A DNA stretch of 64,000 bases, taken from assembly GCF_006345805.1 (NCBI RefSeq), contig NC_043016.1:2728001-2792000 (forward strand), written 5' to 3'. Every line of letters begins with the position of its first letter. Position 1 is the stretch's first letter. Source of the DNA: Octopus sinensis. Taxonomy: Eukaryota. Both the position numbers and the translations under genes were made by a program. Shown one piece after another: positions 25,257-37,970 of the stretch. The notes beneath the pieces were generated by a model. The model worked only from the letters and a program-made list of their open reading frames with translations. It was not told the origin of the DNA and searched no databases.

Positions 25257-25739
25257 CACTGGGGACGGTTAACGGGAATAAGAACACCGGGGACGGTTAA
25301 CGGGAATAAGAACACCGGGGACGTTTAACATGTGAGAGCGATAAAACAGTGCTCCGAAATCAATCCACGAACATCGAAAACAAAGACATCGCATGGAGCC
25401 AAATAACTGACAAAGGATCGAACTATATTCGATAAATAACACTCAGTGAAATTTATTACTAATTTCAAAACGAAATGATGTATTTTAACTCGATATCATG
25501 TCCACCTCTAATACAGCACAACATGTAAATATGCTTGATACATTACAATCCATCAACACCAGATCATCTCCGGCCCCAAACACCATGTACAAAAATCTAC
25601 GAACAAATTAAATAATACCGATCAACATGAAAGAAACAACACTACAAGCACATAAGGAGAAAGAAAGGATCCTGAATGCCAAATATTCTAGGAGCAAAGA
25701 AGCGCAAAGCCAATGACTTTAACCTCAAATAACGACAAC

Positions 25740-26600
25740 CAAGTGCTCTATGGGACCCGCAAGGATCATAGAGCGATCACTGATCAGGTGGCAGGTCCAT
25801 CAACAAGAGCGTTCGACGACGCCAATATCCTGTGTATGGTTATACGCTATATCCTGTGTATGGTTATACGCTCTGTGATCAGTATGCACCCGGATGAGTA
25901 TGACAGCACAGATAACCTCCTCATCAGAAACAACGAATGCAAACACGCTTGTGACATGACAGGATGAGTAGTAGGCAGTATGGATGTAGTCTCCCGATAC
26001 TCATCCATCGACGTTGATGTTCAGGGGAAATGCGTGGAGTTGATCAGCGAGAATGACATAGAGTTACGTGGCGTTCACACAGAGGAACTGGAAAGAGTAC
26101 TTATACATGCACCACCTTAGCTGTTTCTGTCCCAGTAGATCAATATTAGGGAGACCCCTACTGTAACCTCAATGACCAAGAAGAGCCCTAGAGAAGGAGG
26201 GAACGGGTGGACCAGAGCCATACGGATACCCGAAAACTACAGACAGGTTAGAAAAATGGTCGCATATGCAGTAGCTGTGAGTACCAAAGTCACACTGAAG
26301 AGTCATATGTTCAAGAGATACGTCCAAGGTGGTGCAGCCATCGGTGTTAGTAGCCTATTTATGGTATAGTAGGATAGGGGACTCAAAGAACGATTAGCAG
26401 AGAGCTCCATAACCCTAGCTATGTACTCCTGCTATGTGGATGATATCAACATAGTGACAAAAATATTCCCAGATGGCAACGTCTATGAATGAGAAGGAAG
26501 CACCATGGAGAGCTTCCAAGTTTGGGTGGAAGCTAGGAATAATAATGTCTAGAGCTTTCATTCCAACTATGCTAAACCCATGGTCCTTTATGGATCCATG
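25740..26600 (+). mobile_element. Penelope-like element RT remnant
   Basis: VLYGTRKDHR, VGSMDVVSRYSSIDVD, YVQGGAAIG and MYSCYVDDINIV match PLE RT motifs; many stops. Confidence 0.7.
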
Positions 26601-26974
26601 GTCCAAAACAACGCAGCTATAACATTGCGTTCAATATCCTAATAATGGACTTGGTAAGCGTAATGAGAAATGTGTCCCTCATGTGCGACCCAAAAGAATT
26701 AGATATATATATATATATATATACAACACTTCATCCACTGCACAGATTTCTCTGGGCACTGAGTACACAAAGGAATCAGGGCTAAGTATTAGGCAATCGT
26801 AGAGAATGAAGTAAATGAGCTTCAACAGAATACATGTATGGAATAATAGCCTTCTATTCCATCAAACTACGCAACCTGAAGACTGAAGACAGAATAGGAG
26901 AAGAAAAATGACTCAGATACAAACAATATAATCCTTAAAACAATAAAGGAATGAGGAAGAAAAACATCAAATAA

Positions 26975-27350
26975 GTACATAAGAAGACAAATAAACTAAA
27001 TAAATAAAAGGCACGGACACAAAGAGTGCTGTAAGTAAACTCATATACACGCACACAAAACACATACTAAACACAGACGCGCACACACACTCGCACACAC
27101 ACGCACACATACACATACATATACAAACGAAACGCATGCGCAAATATGCATACATACTACAGAAAGACAAAATGGACTAAACAAAAGAAGAGGAGACATG
27201 AGACTATGCAAATGATGCGTGACCAAAGAAAAAATAAAGATGAAAGACCAAACATATAGTACGTGTGTTTAATTGGCAAAATATGACCCTCCCCGAGTAT
27301 AACAATAAATTGTTATAGATTTCACATCAGGAATCTTGCAAAACAAATAC
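26975..27350. mobile_element. Penelope-associated terminal-repeat-like sequence
   Basis: Inverted homolog of 21440-22200; shares the AATCTTGCAAA(A)C motif with 32575-32815; lies downstream of the PLE RT remnant. Confidence 0.5.
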
Positions 27351-28689
27351 ATTTTTTACATTTAATTTCTGATTGAAATTCCACCAGAGAATTGTGAGAA
27401 TTTTTAAAGGCCCACTTGAAGCTTTCTTTTATACTCTTCAATTTTTGTCATTGTCAGCTATCTATTTGACGTTTTGGATATGTAATATCTAATACATAAT
27501 TATAAGTTTTGGCATTAACCCAAAACCACAAAATTGTGGTAAAACTATGTATTAATAATGTTTTGGATGCACCCTTAATGAACGCAAAAAAGTTCCATAA
27601 AAATCAAAATTATTCTTGTTTGTCAATGACTTGAGGTCACTCTCAGTCAACCGTATTCCTGGTAAAGATAGATTAACTTGCGGCCATGCCGCCGTTTTTG
27701 TATATTCTCAATTAATTTGTCTTTGTGTCCTTAAGATGGCATTATATAGATAGATTTCACTAATAGGTAGATTTCACTGCATTATCTAGTGGGTCAAATC
27801 ACCAATATAGAGGTTCTTTGGCTGGTTCCTTTGTATTACTGTTGTCAAAAAACAAACAAATAAAAAATGGCAAAGATAAACTCTATCACATGACATATTT
27901 ATTTTTGGATTTTGGAAGAACGTAGATAATCTCTGGTGAGTTTTGAAAATAAATCATAAAGGATTAAAGTAAATGCTGTAAAGCTTTTATTTTGTCCGAC
28001 CCTCAACCGATTCTAGCATTTCACTGGTTCGTTATCGAAGATTTAACAATGATTTATCCGTTTGACACAAACACACATTTATACAGAAGTAAATGAGATT
28101 GCGTTCATTGTGTGCGATGCTCGTGTGTTTCGTCAAGGGTATTTTATCGGGGCTGAGCTGAAGTTAATCAATATCGTGACTCTTTCTTAGCTTCTAGATG
28201 ATAATGCTAATGAAAGTTTGATGAAGGGAAAGCAGTTTATTTCAATGGGTGCAACAGAGTATAAAGTATGAAAGAGCTGGTCTCTTTGTGTCGGTTCAGA
28301 AACTGATTCCCCATTTCGCATCACTTACGTTAGAAATACTTTTGGAAAATACGATAATAGAATTTTTATTATCATCATTATTTTGATTGTTGATAATTCT
28401 AGGCAGCAAAAGCAAAAGTACGCTACATGTGGTCGATCAGACAGAATACTGGATGAACGACCGAGAAAACAACTGTTCATATCCTGACGGTCCGCTGCAT
28501 TCTGTCCAATAAGAGATACAACAAAAATTCTTCACGAAGTTTCTGTATAGTCAGTTGACCTGCTAGAAAGAGCAAGCAACATTCTTCTGAAAGTGACATC
28601 CAAATGTCTTAGAAATGGTAATTATGCATTGAATGATATATACTGGAATTCTCCTGAAAAGATAAGACGGTCATAAACTGCAGAAGAAT

Positions 28690-28928
28690 CAACTCACTGT
28701 TTTATTCTTTTATCCATTTACTTCTTTAAGTCATTTGATTGCGACCATGCTGGAGCACTGCCTTTGGTCGAACAAACGGACCCCTGGCCTATTCCTTGTA
28801 AGGCTAGTACTTATTCTATCGGTCACTTTTACGGAACCGTTAAGTTATGGAGACGCAAACACACAACATCGGCTGTCAAGCGATGGTGGGGGTACAAACA
28901 CAGACACACACAAATATATACCCATATA

Positions 28929-28973
<45 letters not shown>

Positions 28974-29115
28974 GACAGGCTTCTTTCAGTTTCCGTCTAC
29001 CAAATCCACTCACACGTCTTTAGTCGGCCTGAGGTTATAGTAGAAGACACTTGCTCAAGGTGCCACGCAGTGGGACTGAACCGCGAACCATGTGTTTGGG
29101 AAGCAAGCTTCTTTT
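28690..29115 (-). mobile_element. tRNA-type SINE with CORE-like segment and internal (TA)n
   Basis: Minus strand reads ...GGTTCAGTCCCACTGCGTGGCACCTTGAGCAAGTGTCTTCT (B-box plus CORE-like ACCTTGRGCAAGT). Partial relatives at ~42040-42150 and ~54720-54890. Confidence 0.7.
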
Positions 29116-29274
29116 ATTCATTAGATTGGCCATGAAGGCCTTACACAGAAAGGAAGCTGCGGGCTGGACAAGGACAAAATGAGATGAAATGATAGACGAT
29201 ATGATAATAATAAGGGTAGCAGCAACACCCGCCGATTGCTGTTTACTCGAGCACATTGTTGTTTATAAGAACCC

Positions 29275-30450
29275 TATTTGAGGCAAAAACCTCTTACACA
29301 GTTCAAAGTGAAACATCAATAAGGCAATAAACCCCTTACATTTACAACAAGAAAGTCATTGTGAGGCAATAAACCTCTTACACAAGTCAATTATAAAATC
29401 AATAAAACAATACAAATGAGGCACCAAGCCTCTTTAATTAATTACAAATCTTCCTGCCCGACTAGACTTCTCTCCTTGTTCAAACACCTGGACGGTGTCA
29501 AGTCAGGCCGCTTTAATACAAAATTAAAAGTGTCCGCTGGGAAGGAGTTCATTATCCTGCACAGTTCTGTTTCCCATATGACCTCCGCAATCACCTGCGA
29601 AGGTCAGTCAGGGTCCTCCGTGCAGGACAGAATCCCCACACTTCGGACCTTTCTTTTAAACTTCTTAATGAAGTTTTCTATTGTCTCTCCCTTATGGAAG
29701 AAGACCACAAACTCCTCCTCTGGGGGGATCTACAGTTTCCACCTTCGGGGGTACAACTGCCGCCGAAGGTACTTCGGGACACGCCGGCATTGTATCATTG
29801 TATCACAATGTCCCGTTTTTCTTTTTTTTCCTTGAGCCACGGAAGAGTGGTGTTCCTCCGCTTTGTCCAGCAGATCCTGCCTTCCTTCCACAGCCTTCGG
29901 ATCCTTCGGTGGGCAACCATTATTGCCTACCTTTCGTTCTTTCTCCTTTTTTCGAGGAGGTTTCCACCTCCTCGACTTCCTCCTTTTCTCCCTTCAATGA
30001 GGGAGCAGGGAGCGGTATCTTTATCAACTGCCCCAGGACCTTATTTTGGTCCTTAGGGCAGTTCTTTATGATATGACCTGGATCCAGGCACAGGTGACAC
30101 TGGAGGGGAGGGGACTCCCTCAAGCATTACCGGATACCTAGACCCGGCCATTCTTAAAAAGTCTGGAAATATCAGATTTTCGGCTGATTCGGTCCATAGG
30201 GTCAAAACAGCTTTTGACCCCTCCCAATCAGCCGCAGGCAAAATGTTCACGTTTAGGAGCTTGGTACTGCTGCCACCCAGACCCCGGCGGATTGTATCCT
30301 CTATCCACTCGGGCTCAATTCCGGATGGCAAAACGCAGACCTAAGCCCTTGTCAACTTCTTCCCACAATAAGTGGGAAGGAACAAAATTTCCTTGCCCTC
30401 CAGGGGCTGGCTAAGGAATTCGCAAACTTCTTCAATTATAAACAAATTAT
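29275..30450 (-). mobile_element. 5'-truncated element carrying only a Tx1-like ORF1 and a 3' UTR (HAL1-like)
   Basis: ILFLPTYCGKKLTRA.VCVLPSGIEPEWI and YPVMLEGVPLQCHLCLDPGHIIKNCP align by eye with the Tx1 ORF1. Stop at 29442-29444, then an AT-rich UTR with repeated hairpins; no APE or RT follows. Confidence 0.7.
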
Positions 30451-32446
30451 AAATAATAAATAATGATATATAGATTATTTACAACACTAAATAAATTTAT
30501 CCTTAATGTTTCTTGTAACTCATTGTTACAAAATGTTTGTAATTGGGCAGAATACTGTTTATTTATATTCACTTAAGCCATGAGTTCATATCATGCAGTG
30601 TTCGACAGTGATTCCATACATTTATGATCGATAATTGACAATCAAATATTGACCGGCAAATTGGTTGGAGTCCTAACCTCAAATTTGTGACTGTGTTTCT
30701 AAGTTGAGAAAACATTGGTTGTTTCCGTTTATTTTCTTTGTATTAAGAAAGAGGAACTCAGAACAGGATTTCCTTTTCTTCCACCTTCCAAGTTAATAAA
30801 TCGCTGCTGCATATTTTGATTTTTATCGTTTCAGGATTGATGAAAAACAATTAAAAGTATATTGAATTGAACAAATCGATTATGCATCCCAACGAAAATT
30901 ACAAATTGCATCAGTTGTCATAACGAGGAATCATTATTTGATATTATTGAAACAATCATGTATTAAAATATTTATTTTCGTTCGTGTATGGTAGAACTAA
31001 CAGGATATCGGTGTCTAACTTAAATTTCATTCTTGTGGGGACAAGGAATTCGGTACTAATAACATAATAGTGAGGTTAATGCAACCCATTACAGATTTGT
31101 CTTTCAAAATTTGGTCTTTTGCCCATCTAAAAGAAATCATTATCTAAAGAATGACGATGCTGATTACAGTGCTTAATGTGAGACCTTTCTAAAAAGGAAT
31201 ACTTTATAGATTGGAAAGGAGAACTAATGGATGCCATTTAATGTTGGCATTTAATCAAACCTGGAATTTAATTAATAAATTAAATACATTTTTAATTCCT
31301 GTTATTAGAAATAAAATTTTAAAAATGTAAGAAGTAGCAACATAACCATCGTAATCATCATTAACAACATCGACAAGAAAACTATTTTGTTTTTTTTCGA
31401 AAATGTCGGATTTCGGCGAAACTGAAAGATTAAAAAAAATATTGGTTTTGATATGTCACTACACATAACGAAAACTGTATACATATTACGCACACACATA
31501 TCCACACACACACACACACACATATTGATTATACATACATATATACAAATATAATATACATATATGCAGGCATGCGTAATACATACATACATATTTGCAT
31601 GCACGCACGCTCACATACATACATGCATACATATGCACACTTACACACATCTTTCAGCTATTAGAACCTCAAGTACTATCGACACAACGGGCATCAAGTC
31701 TTCTCTAATCATCCTGCTTGGTCACCTCCTTTTTTTGGCTCCACTCATGCCAACCCCCATCACTATCATATTCTCGGAACGTACTGCGTCACATCTTCCT
31801 TATACTTCTCCTAGGTCTCTTTCCTCAATCCGGCATCTACACCATGGTAGCGTGTCCCTCCTGCAGTAACCCAAGTCAGTAAATCGCATTCGCCGCTTAT
31901 CCGCCATGTCCTACAAGCATCATATGCTTTCCGTTTTCCTAACTCTTTTGTTTCTCACTCTGTTCCAGAAAGATTTGCCCAGGTTTCACACTCGTAGATG
32001 GCTTCTGCTATAACAATACTTGAACATAACTCTATCAATAATACTATAACTAATATAATATTCACGAACACACACTTATACACGCACACACAGCAGACAT
32101 GACTTCAAATTTAATAATCCTTATCAAAATTTATTTATTAAAACCCTATTTCAGTTTGGAGAAAGTTAGTCTGTCTTCCACGACCATTACAGTTTCAGCA
32201 GGAGCAACAGGCAGTAATATATACATTCAAGTTGGTAGAGGGATATAAAATATCTACAGTCAAATCATTTGTTCGACGAGTTTTAATTTCTCGTCCACGA
32301 AAGAGATAAGGGATTCTATGAGATGAACAATCATTGGCTAATAATGAGAGCACATTTCTATTAGAATATATTAGGACAGCGTATTACAGAAGAATTAACA
32401 GAGAAATTCGGCCTCACTCATCCAGCAGCTGCATTAACTGATGAAA

Positions 32447-32495
<49 letters not shown>

Positions 32496-32515
32496 GTGTG
32501 TGTGTGTGTGTATAA

Positions 32516-32549
<34 letters not shown>

Positions 32550-32574
32550 TTGTGTGTAAAGATAGACAGAATAT

Positions 32575-34170
32575 ATATATTTCGTTTTTGGATTTGGTTT
32601 GCAAGATTCTTTATGTGAGTTCGTGTGTTGAAGCATATTATTCTGTTATTCTGTTGTGTCTGGAGAGAGTCATTTTCTGTTTGTGCCTTATTATTTAACA
32701 CACTCACTGGTAAAATTTCCACTAATTTCTTATTTTCATTTTCCTAAAATTTCTTTGCGTCTTGCAACCTTTTCTTGACTCCGTCCCTTATTTACACTGC
32801 GTTCCCTTTTGTTTGTTTGTGCGCATGTGTGTGGGTCAGTGTGTGTGCGTGTGTGTGCTTATACATACATACATGTGCGTATGTATGTGTGTGTGTGTTT
32901 GCATGTGTATGTATATATGTATGTGTATGCATCTGTATGTTCGAATCCTGCATCTTTATGTGCTTGCCTGTCCATGTTTGTGTATTTTCTATGTATGTGT
33001 GTGTGAGCATGTGTTTGTATATGTATGCACCTCTGTCTCTTTGTGTGTATGTGTTATGCAACTATGTACCATGTTTGTATGTATGGATGTGCATCTCTAT
33101 ATGTGTGGATCCATGTCTCCATATGTGTCTGTTCATATAGTCTATATACCTATCCGTCTGTATGTTGATCTGTGCACACACACACACATACATACACCCA
33201 CCCACACACATACATACATCTATCTACATAACAGTCCACAAACTATTCGACTCTACCTGTGTAAACTGTGGGTATGGAGGTATGGTATTTACTGTGTATA
33301 TTTCCTATTTAGTATTGGGGCGGTTTCATTTATAATGACGTACTCCCGTATTTGTCTGAGTGTTGGGTCTTTTGGGTGTTTGGATAAGATGCGGATGTCA
33401 AGTTGACCCAAGTTACCTCCATGGTGGTCTCTGGCATGTTGGTAGAGTATGGAGGACTGTTTTCTGCCGTCATATTGTCTTAGATGGGCATTTATTTGTT
33501 CCACCATGCTTCTAGATGTCTCCCCTATGTACGTCATGTTCATGTCTTTACAAGCACCTTCTATGCATCTTATGCTGTAAACTACATTTCGAGTTTTACA
33601 GTTAATGCCAGGGTTAATCCTACATACCATGCAGTTATCATTGGTGCATATGGTATTCTTAAAGGGGTACGTCCTACATAGTTATGATCTGATGGAGTTC
33701 CCTGGCATTTCAAACATTTTAATGTTGAGTTTGGTCTCCTTCAGAGCTTTTTCTAAATCTACGGTCTAGCTCTCCATGGACTGTAGCCTCTACAAGCATC
33801 ACTCCTTGATATTTGTTGGTTTTATACCACGTGTTCGCCCTGTTTGCTTTGTCACAAATTCTTTGTATTCTATTCTGTTCTTTGTTTCAATATCTAGGGC
33901 AGGTACCACTGGTATCATTACGTATAATGTTGTCTAATTTCTGTCTAGCACCCCCTGTATACTCGAACCCTATCTTTCCGATCATATCCAGAGAACTGCA
34001 TGCGGTGTATGAAGTTTTGTATATGTTTCTTCATTTCATAGGGTTCGCATAGTGGGGACACATTGTTCATTATTCTAACAAGGTCTGCTGTTAGGGAGCG
34101 CAGTGTAAATAACGGACAGAGTCAAAACTATTGAAGAGGCTGCAAGAAGCAACGAAAATTTTAGGAAAAA
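32575..34170 (-). mobile_element. 5'-truncated Penelope-like element: GIY-YIG end of the ORF (33289-34080), terminal repeat (32575-32815) and inverted partial repeat (34096-34170)
   Basis: CKTRNVVYSIRC..YIGETSRSMVEQINAH is a GIY-YIG motif, with upstream Cys residues (CTNDNCMVC) as in Neptune-type linkers. Confidence 0.85.
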
Positions 34171-34824
34171 AAAAAAGAAGTGGAGTACCATTCTATAACC
34201 ACCCCCCTTCTCTCATTTACATGTAGTAATCCATGCATACATGTTGAAATGCATGGTACTAAAATACATATATGCAGTTATATATAACCGTACGAGTGTA
34301 CATTGTTTGATACGTATGTACGTATGTGTAGATGTATATGTGTGTATACGTGTGTGTATGTGTTGTGTGTTGTGTATGTTAGTGTATGAGTATGTACATG
34401 CATGCACATATGAGTATGTGTAAATATATATATATATTATATATGTATGCATGTAAAAAAAGAATAAATAGAATAAAATAAAGCAAGCTTGAATTTTAAC
34501 CGTTGTCCTTGAAAAGAGTGTCATATATATGTATATATATGTATATGTATATATATGTATATGTATATATATGTATATGTATATATATGTATATGTATAT
34601 ATATGTATATATATATATATATATGTGTATGTGTGTGTGTGCGTGTGTGTGTGTTTATATGTATATGTATATATGTATGTAGAGATGGATGAGCATATAT
34701 GTGTATATACTTTAAGATTAGACGTATATTTGTGAGTATGTGCAAGTATGTGCAAGAGTCTATATGATAGTGTGTATATGTATATATGTATAAGTAAGGT
34801 TATATGTGCATATATGTATCTAAG

Positions 34825-35380
34825 ACGTTGTATCCATTCACCGTTAGACGATGGTGAGAGTGACAAACGCACACACATGCACATATATATGTATGTGTGT
34901 GTGTCTATATAAATATATATGTGTGTATATATACAACCTTCAACAAGGTAACAGTCATGTATACAACTTGAACTGACACATATCATTACATAAACATACG
35001 TTCACATGTACATACACATGTACACACACACAGACACGTCTACACACTCTCCTAAATACTCACATACATACGTAGGTACTTACATGCGTATAGGCATGCA
35101 CACATGCATGCGCACATACATGTACACACATACATACATACGCACATACATACATACATACGTACATACATACATACACACACACATACATACGTACATA
35201 TATATATGATGAACTAACTGTTACTTTCTCAGATGCAGCACGAAGTTTTGTCAGTGAAGAGGTCGCGGTCTGAAAGCGACGAAAATATTTTGACAAATTA
35301 AATTTAAATGTTGAAGTGAATCGAACGGGTTTTGTGTGTTTCTTAAATTGCATATAAACACCTTCCACGCTGCAATTGTA
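34825..35380. repeat. Diverged direct duplicate of 41111-41875
   Basis: Shared unique blocks GACGTTGTATCCATTCACCGTTAGACG, TACAACCTTCAACAAGGTAACAGTCATG, and an identical ~85-bp core. Confidence 0.9.
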
Positions 35381-35394
35381 TATATATATATATA

Positions 35395-35623
35395 TATATA
35401 AAATTTAATAAAATTTAATAAGGGTAGAAATTGATATTAGTCAATTAAAACCAATGGCCCATCATATTAAAAAGAATCCGAAGATTAAAATATTTTTACA
35501 TACAAATTTAAAGGACTGAACACGAAAAGTGGTGGACAGTCAACATGCTAGATGGAAAATAGCGATTTGACGTCTATATCTAGCATGTTGACTGTCCACC
35601 ACTTTTCGTGTTCAGTCCTTTAA

Positions 35624-35654
<31 letters not shown>

Positions 35655-35928
35655 CGTATGTATAATCTAAAATTTATGATCTATTATGATATATATATAT
35701 ATATAAAATTTAATAAAATTTAATAAGGGTAGAAATTGATATTAGTCAATTAAAACCAATGGCCCATCATATTAAAAAGAATCCGAAGATTAAAATATTT
35801 TTACATACAAATTTAAAGGACTGAACACGAAAAGTGGTGGACAGTCAACATGCTAGATGGAAAATAGCGATTTGACGTCTATATCTAGCATGTTGACTGT
35901 CCACCACTTTTCGTGTTCAGTCCTTTAA

Positions 35929-35959
<31 letters not shown>

Positions 35960-36005
35960 CGTATGTATAATCTAAAATTATGATCTATTATGATATATAT
36001 ATATA
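35395..36005. repeat. Two tandem 305-bp units, each with a perfect 50-bp inverted repeat
   Basis: Arms 35504-35553 and 35578-35627 with a 24-nt loop; second copy at 35809-35932. Confidence 0.92.
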
Positions 36006-36327
36006 TATAAATATATATAATAAGACAAGCTAAAAAATACAAAAATTGTTTTATCATGAAATACATTTGGTAAAATTCAGTAGCGCTTTCAGCCTTTTCC
36101 ACTTTTTGAACTAAGAGTAAAACAAAGATGGATATTAATTAAGAAGAAATATATATTATACATATATATATATTTATGCATTATGTATATGTATATATAT
36201 AACGGAAGGTTTACGAAAATAAACAAAAGACGAAGACAGGTTTACGAAAATAAACAAAAGACGAAGGCAGGTGGAGTACAAACAAATAATGTATTTGTGT
36301 GGCGCTCAGGAATAGAAATAGAACAAG

Positions 36328-36365
36328 TCTTTTACGTTTCGAGCCTACGCTCTTCGACAGAAAGA
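36328..36365 (-). ncRNA. Minimal type I hammerhead-ribozyme-like motif (variant core) within a repeat
   Basis: Minus strand: TCTTT-CTGTCGA-A-GAG(CGTAGG)CTC-GAA-ACGT-A-AAAGA. Confidence 0.5.
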
Positions 36366-37747
36366 TACACAGAAAAGAAACAAGGAGAGAAAAATATTGC
36401 GTGTAGGGGCTAACGATCCAACATGGCGTTCTGTATATATATCGCTTTAGGATTTTAACTACGAAGTATTAGCACCACTGTTTTCTTCAGTTTGTAGCTT
36501 TACAATTTTTACAAGAGCTTCTTCATATCTTCCATAATTGGTATTTTGATTTTTGTTCTAAATTAAGTTTGGTTTACAAAATTTATATAACCTCTATAAA
36601 TTTTCTGCATCAAAGTTTAGAATTTCTTTTCGCATATTTGTTTTAAATATTGACCCAGCCCAGTAGACTCATACTTCGATTAAAATAACAGTTAAACATA
36701 TTAAGCAGTATAATCATGGTTAGTGGAGTTAAAGCTGCAGTTCATTTTACAGCTCGATTTGCCTGATTTTGTTATGTTTACGACGAGGTTTTGAAATGTA
36801 TATTTTATAAACTGTATCATTAACAATATTTTGTTTTTAAAAAATGGCATTTAATTATATATTTCTCATACTTTCAGAATGACTGCCTTTCATTAATAAG
36901 AATTCCTCGGATTCTTTTTGGTATTTTACCACGTTTTATAATTCAAAATAATTACAAGCTGACTCATTAAAATAAAACTGTTTAATCCATAATTTTTCAA
37001 ACGTCTACCGACCAGCTCATCATTTGGTCTATCGACGCAGGCCACCACTAATTTTGTATTTTTTGTAATTTTTCCTGATGTTATATTTCACATTTTGAAA
37101 CCCTTGTAAGTTGTATTTTTATAGAAGAAAAAAAGAAAAGAAAAGGTATCATGCATAAATCCAAATTTCTCTGGGAAGCAGGATTTTAACTTTGAATAAA
37201 GCTGTGCAAGTACGAAATATTTTCTACGTATACTACATGTGTTCCAAAATCTGGAAATCTGTAACATTTATGATACATTGTGCAACGTACACAACACAAC
37301 CAAGTTTAGCTCAAAGTTAGATAATTTCTCTTTGCAAAGGAATAGAAGTTTGCTTCTTGGTTGAGTTTGCTTCGTCAAAGATTGGCGTTTGGTTCCATCC
37401 ACAACTATTATTTGTAGGGCAACACGAAACAGATATGAAAAATTAGTCAGTATTTCGGTTTGAGCAGTAGGTAGAGCAGCGTCAGCGTTAGGTTGTCATC
37501 GATGCTTCTTCTGTTTATTGAAAATGGTATAACTAGTGTGTTTGCATACACTGCAAATAACCTAAGTGGTAGACATAACAAATCAATGAACAATCTTATG
37601 ACAGCAGCAAACAAAATCAATTCGCTCAATTCTCCATTGCTTCAACAGCACTGCAATGAAAATTATAAAGACTCTGGACTATTGTTATTGCATTTTATCC
37701 GGCTTGCTAACGATTCTGCTGTCCTACTGCTTTAATCGCACTAAATA

Positions 37748-37970
37748 ATGATTTCAAATTTTGGCACAAGGCCAGCAATTTTTTGTGTGTATGTGTGTGT
37801 GGTGGGGGATCGATTACTTCGACTCCATGTTCAAATGGTACTTATTTTGTGTTACCCCCGAAATGACGAAAGGCAAAGCCATCTCTGCGGAATTTGAACT
37901 CAGAACGTAAAGACTGACAAAATTCCGCTTGGTATTTTGTCCAGTGTGGTAAAGATTCTGCCAGCTCATT
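37748..37970 (-). mobile_element. Degenerate SINE (family of 20023-20289)
   Basis: GGAATTTGAACTCAGAACGTA and GATTCTGCCAGCTC are reverse complements of the SINE head. Confidence 0.75.

Noticed and set aside
25255-25325. 28-bp unit repeated ~2.5 times (CRISPR-like at first glance)
   Set aside because: Direct tandem minisatellite with no spacers, in eukaryotic context.
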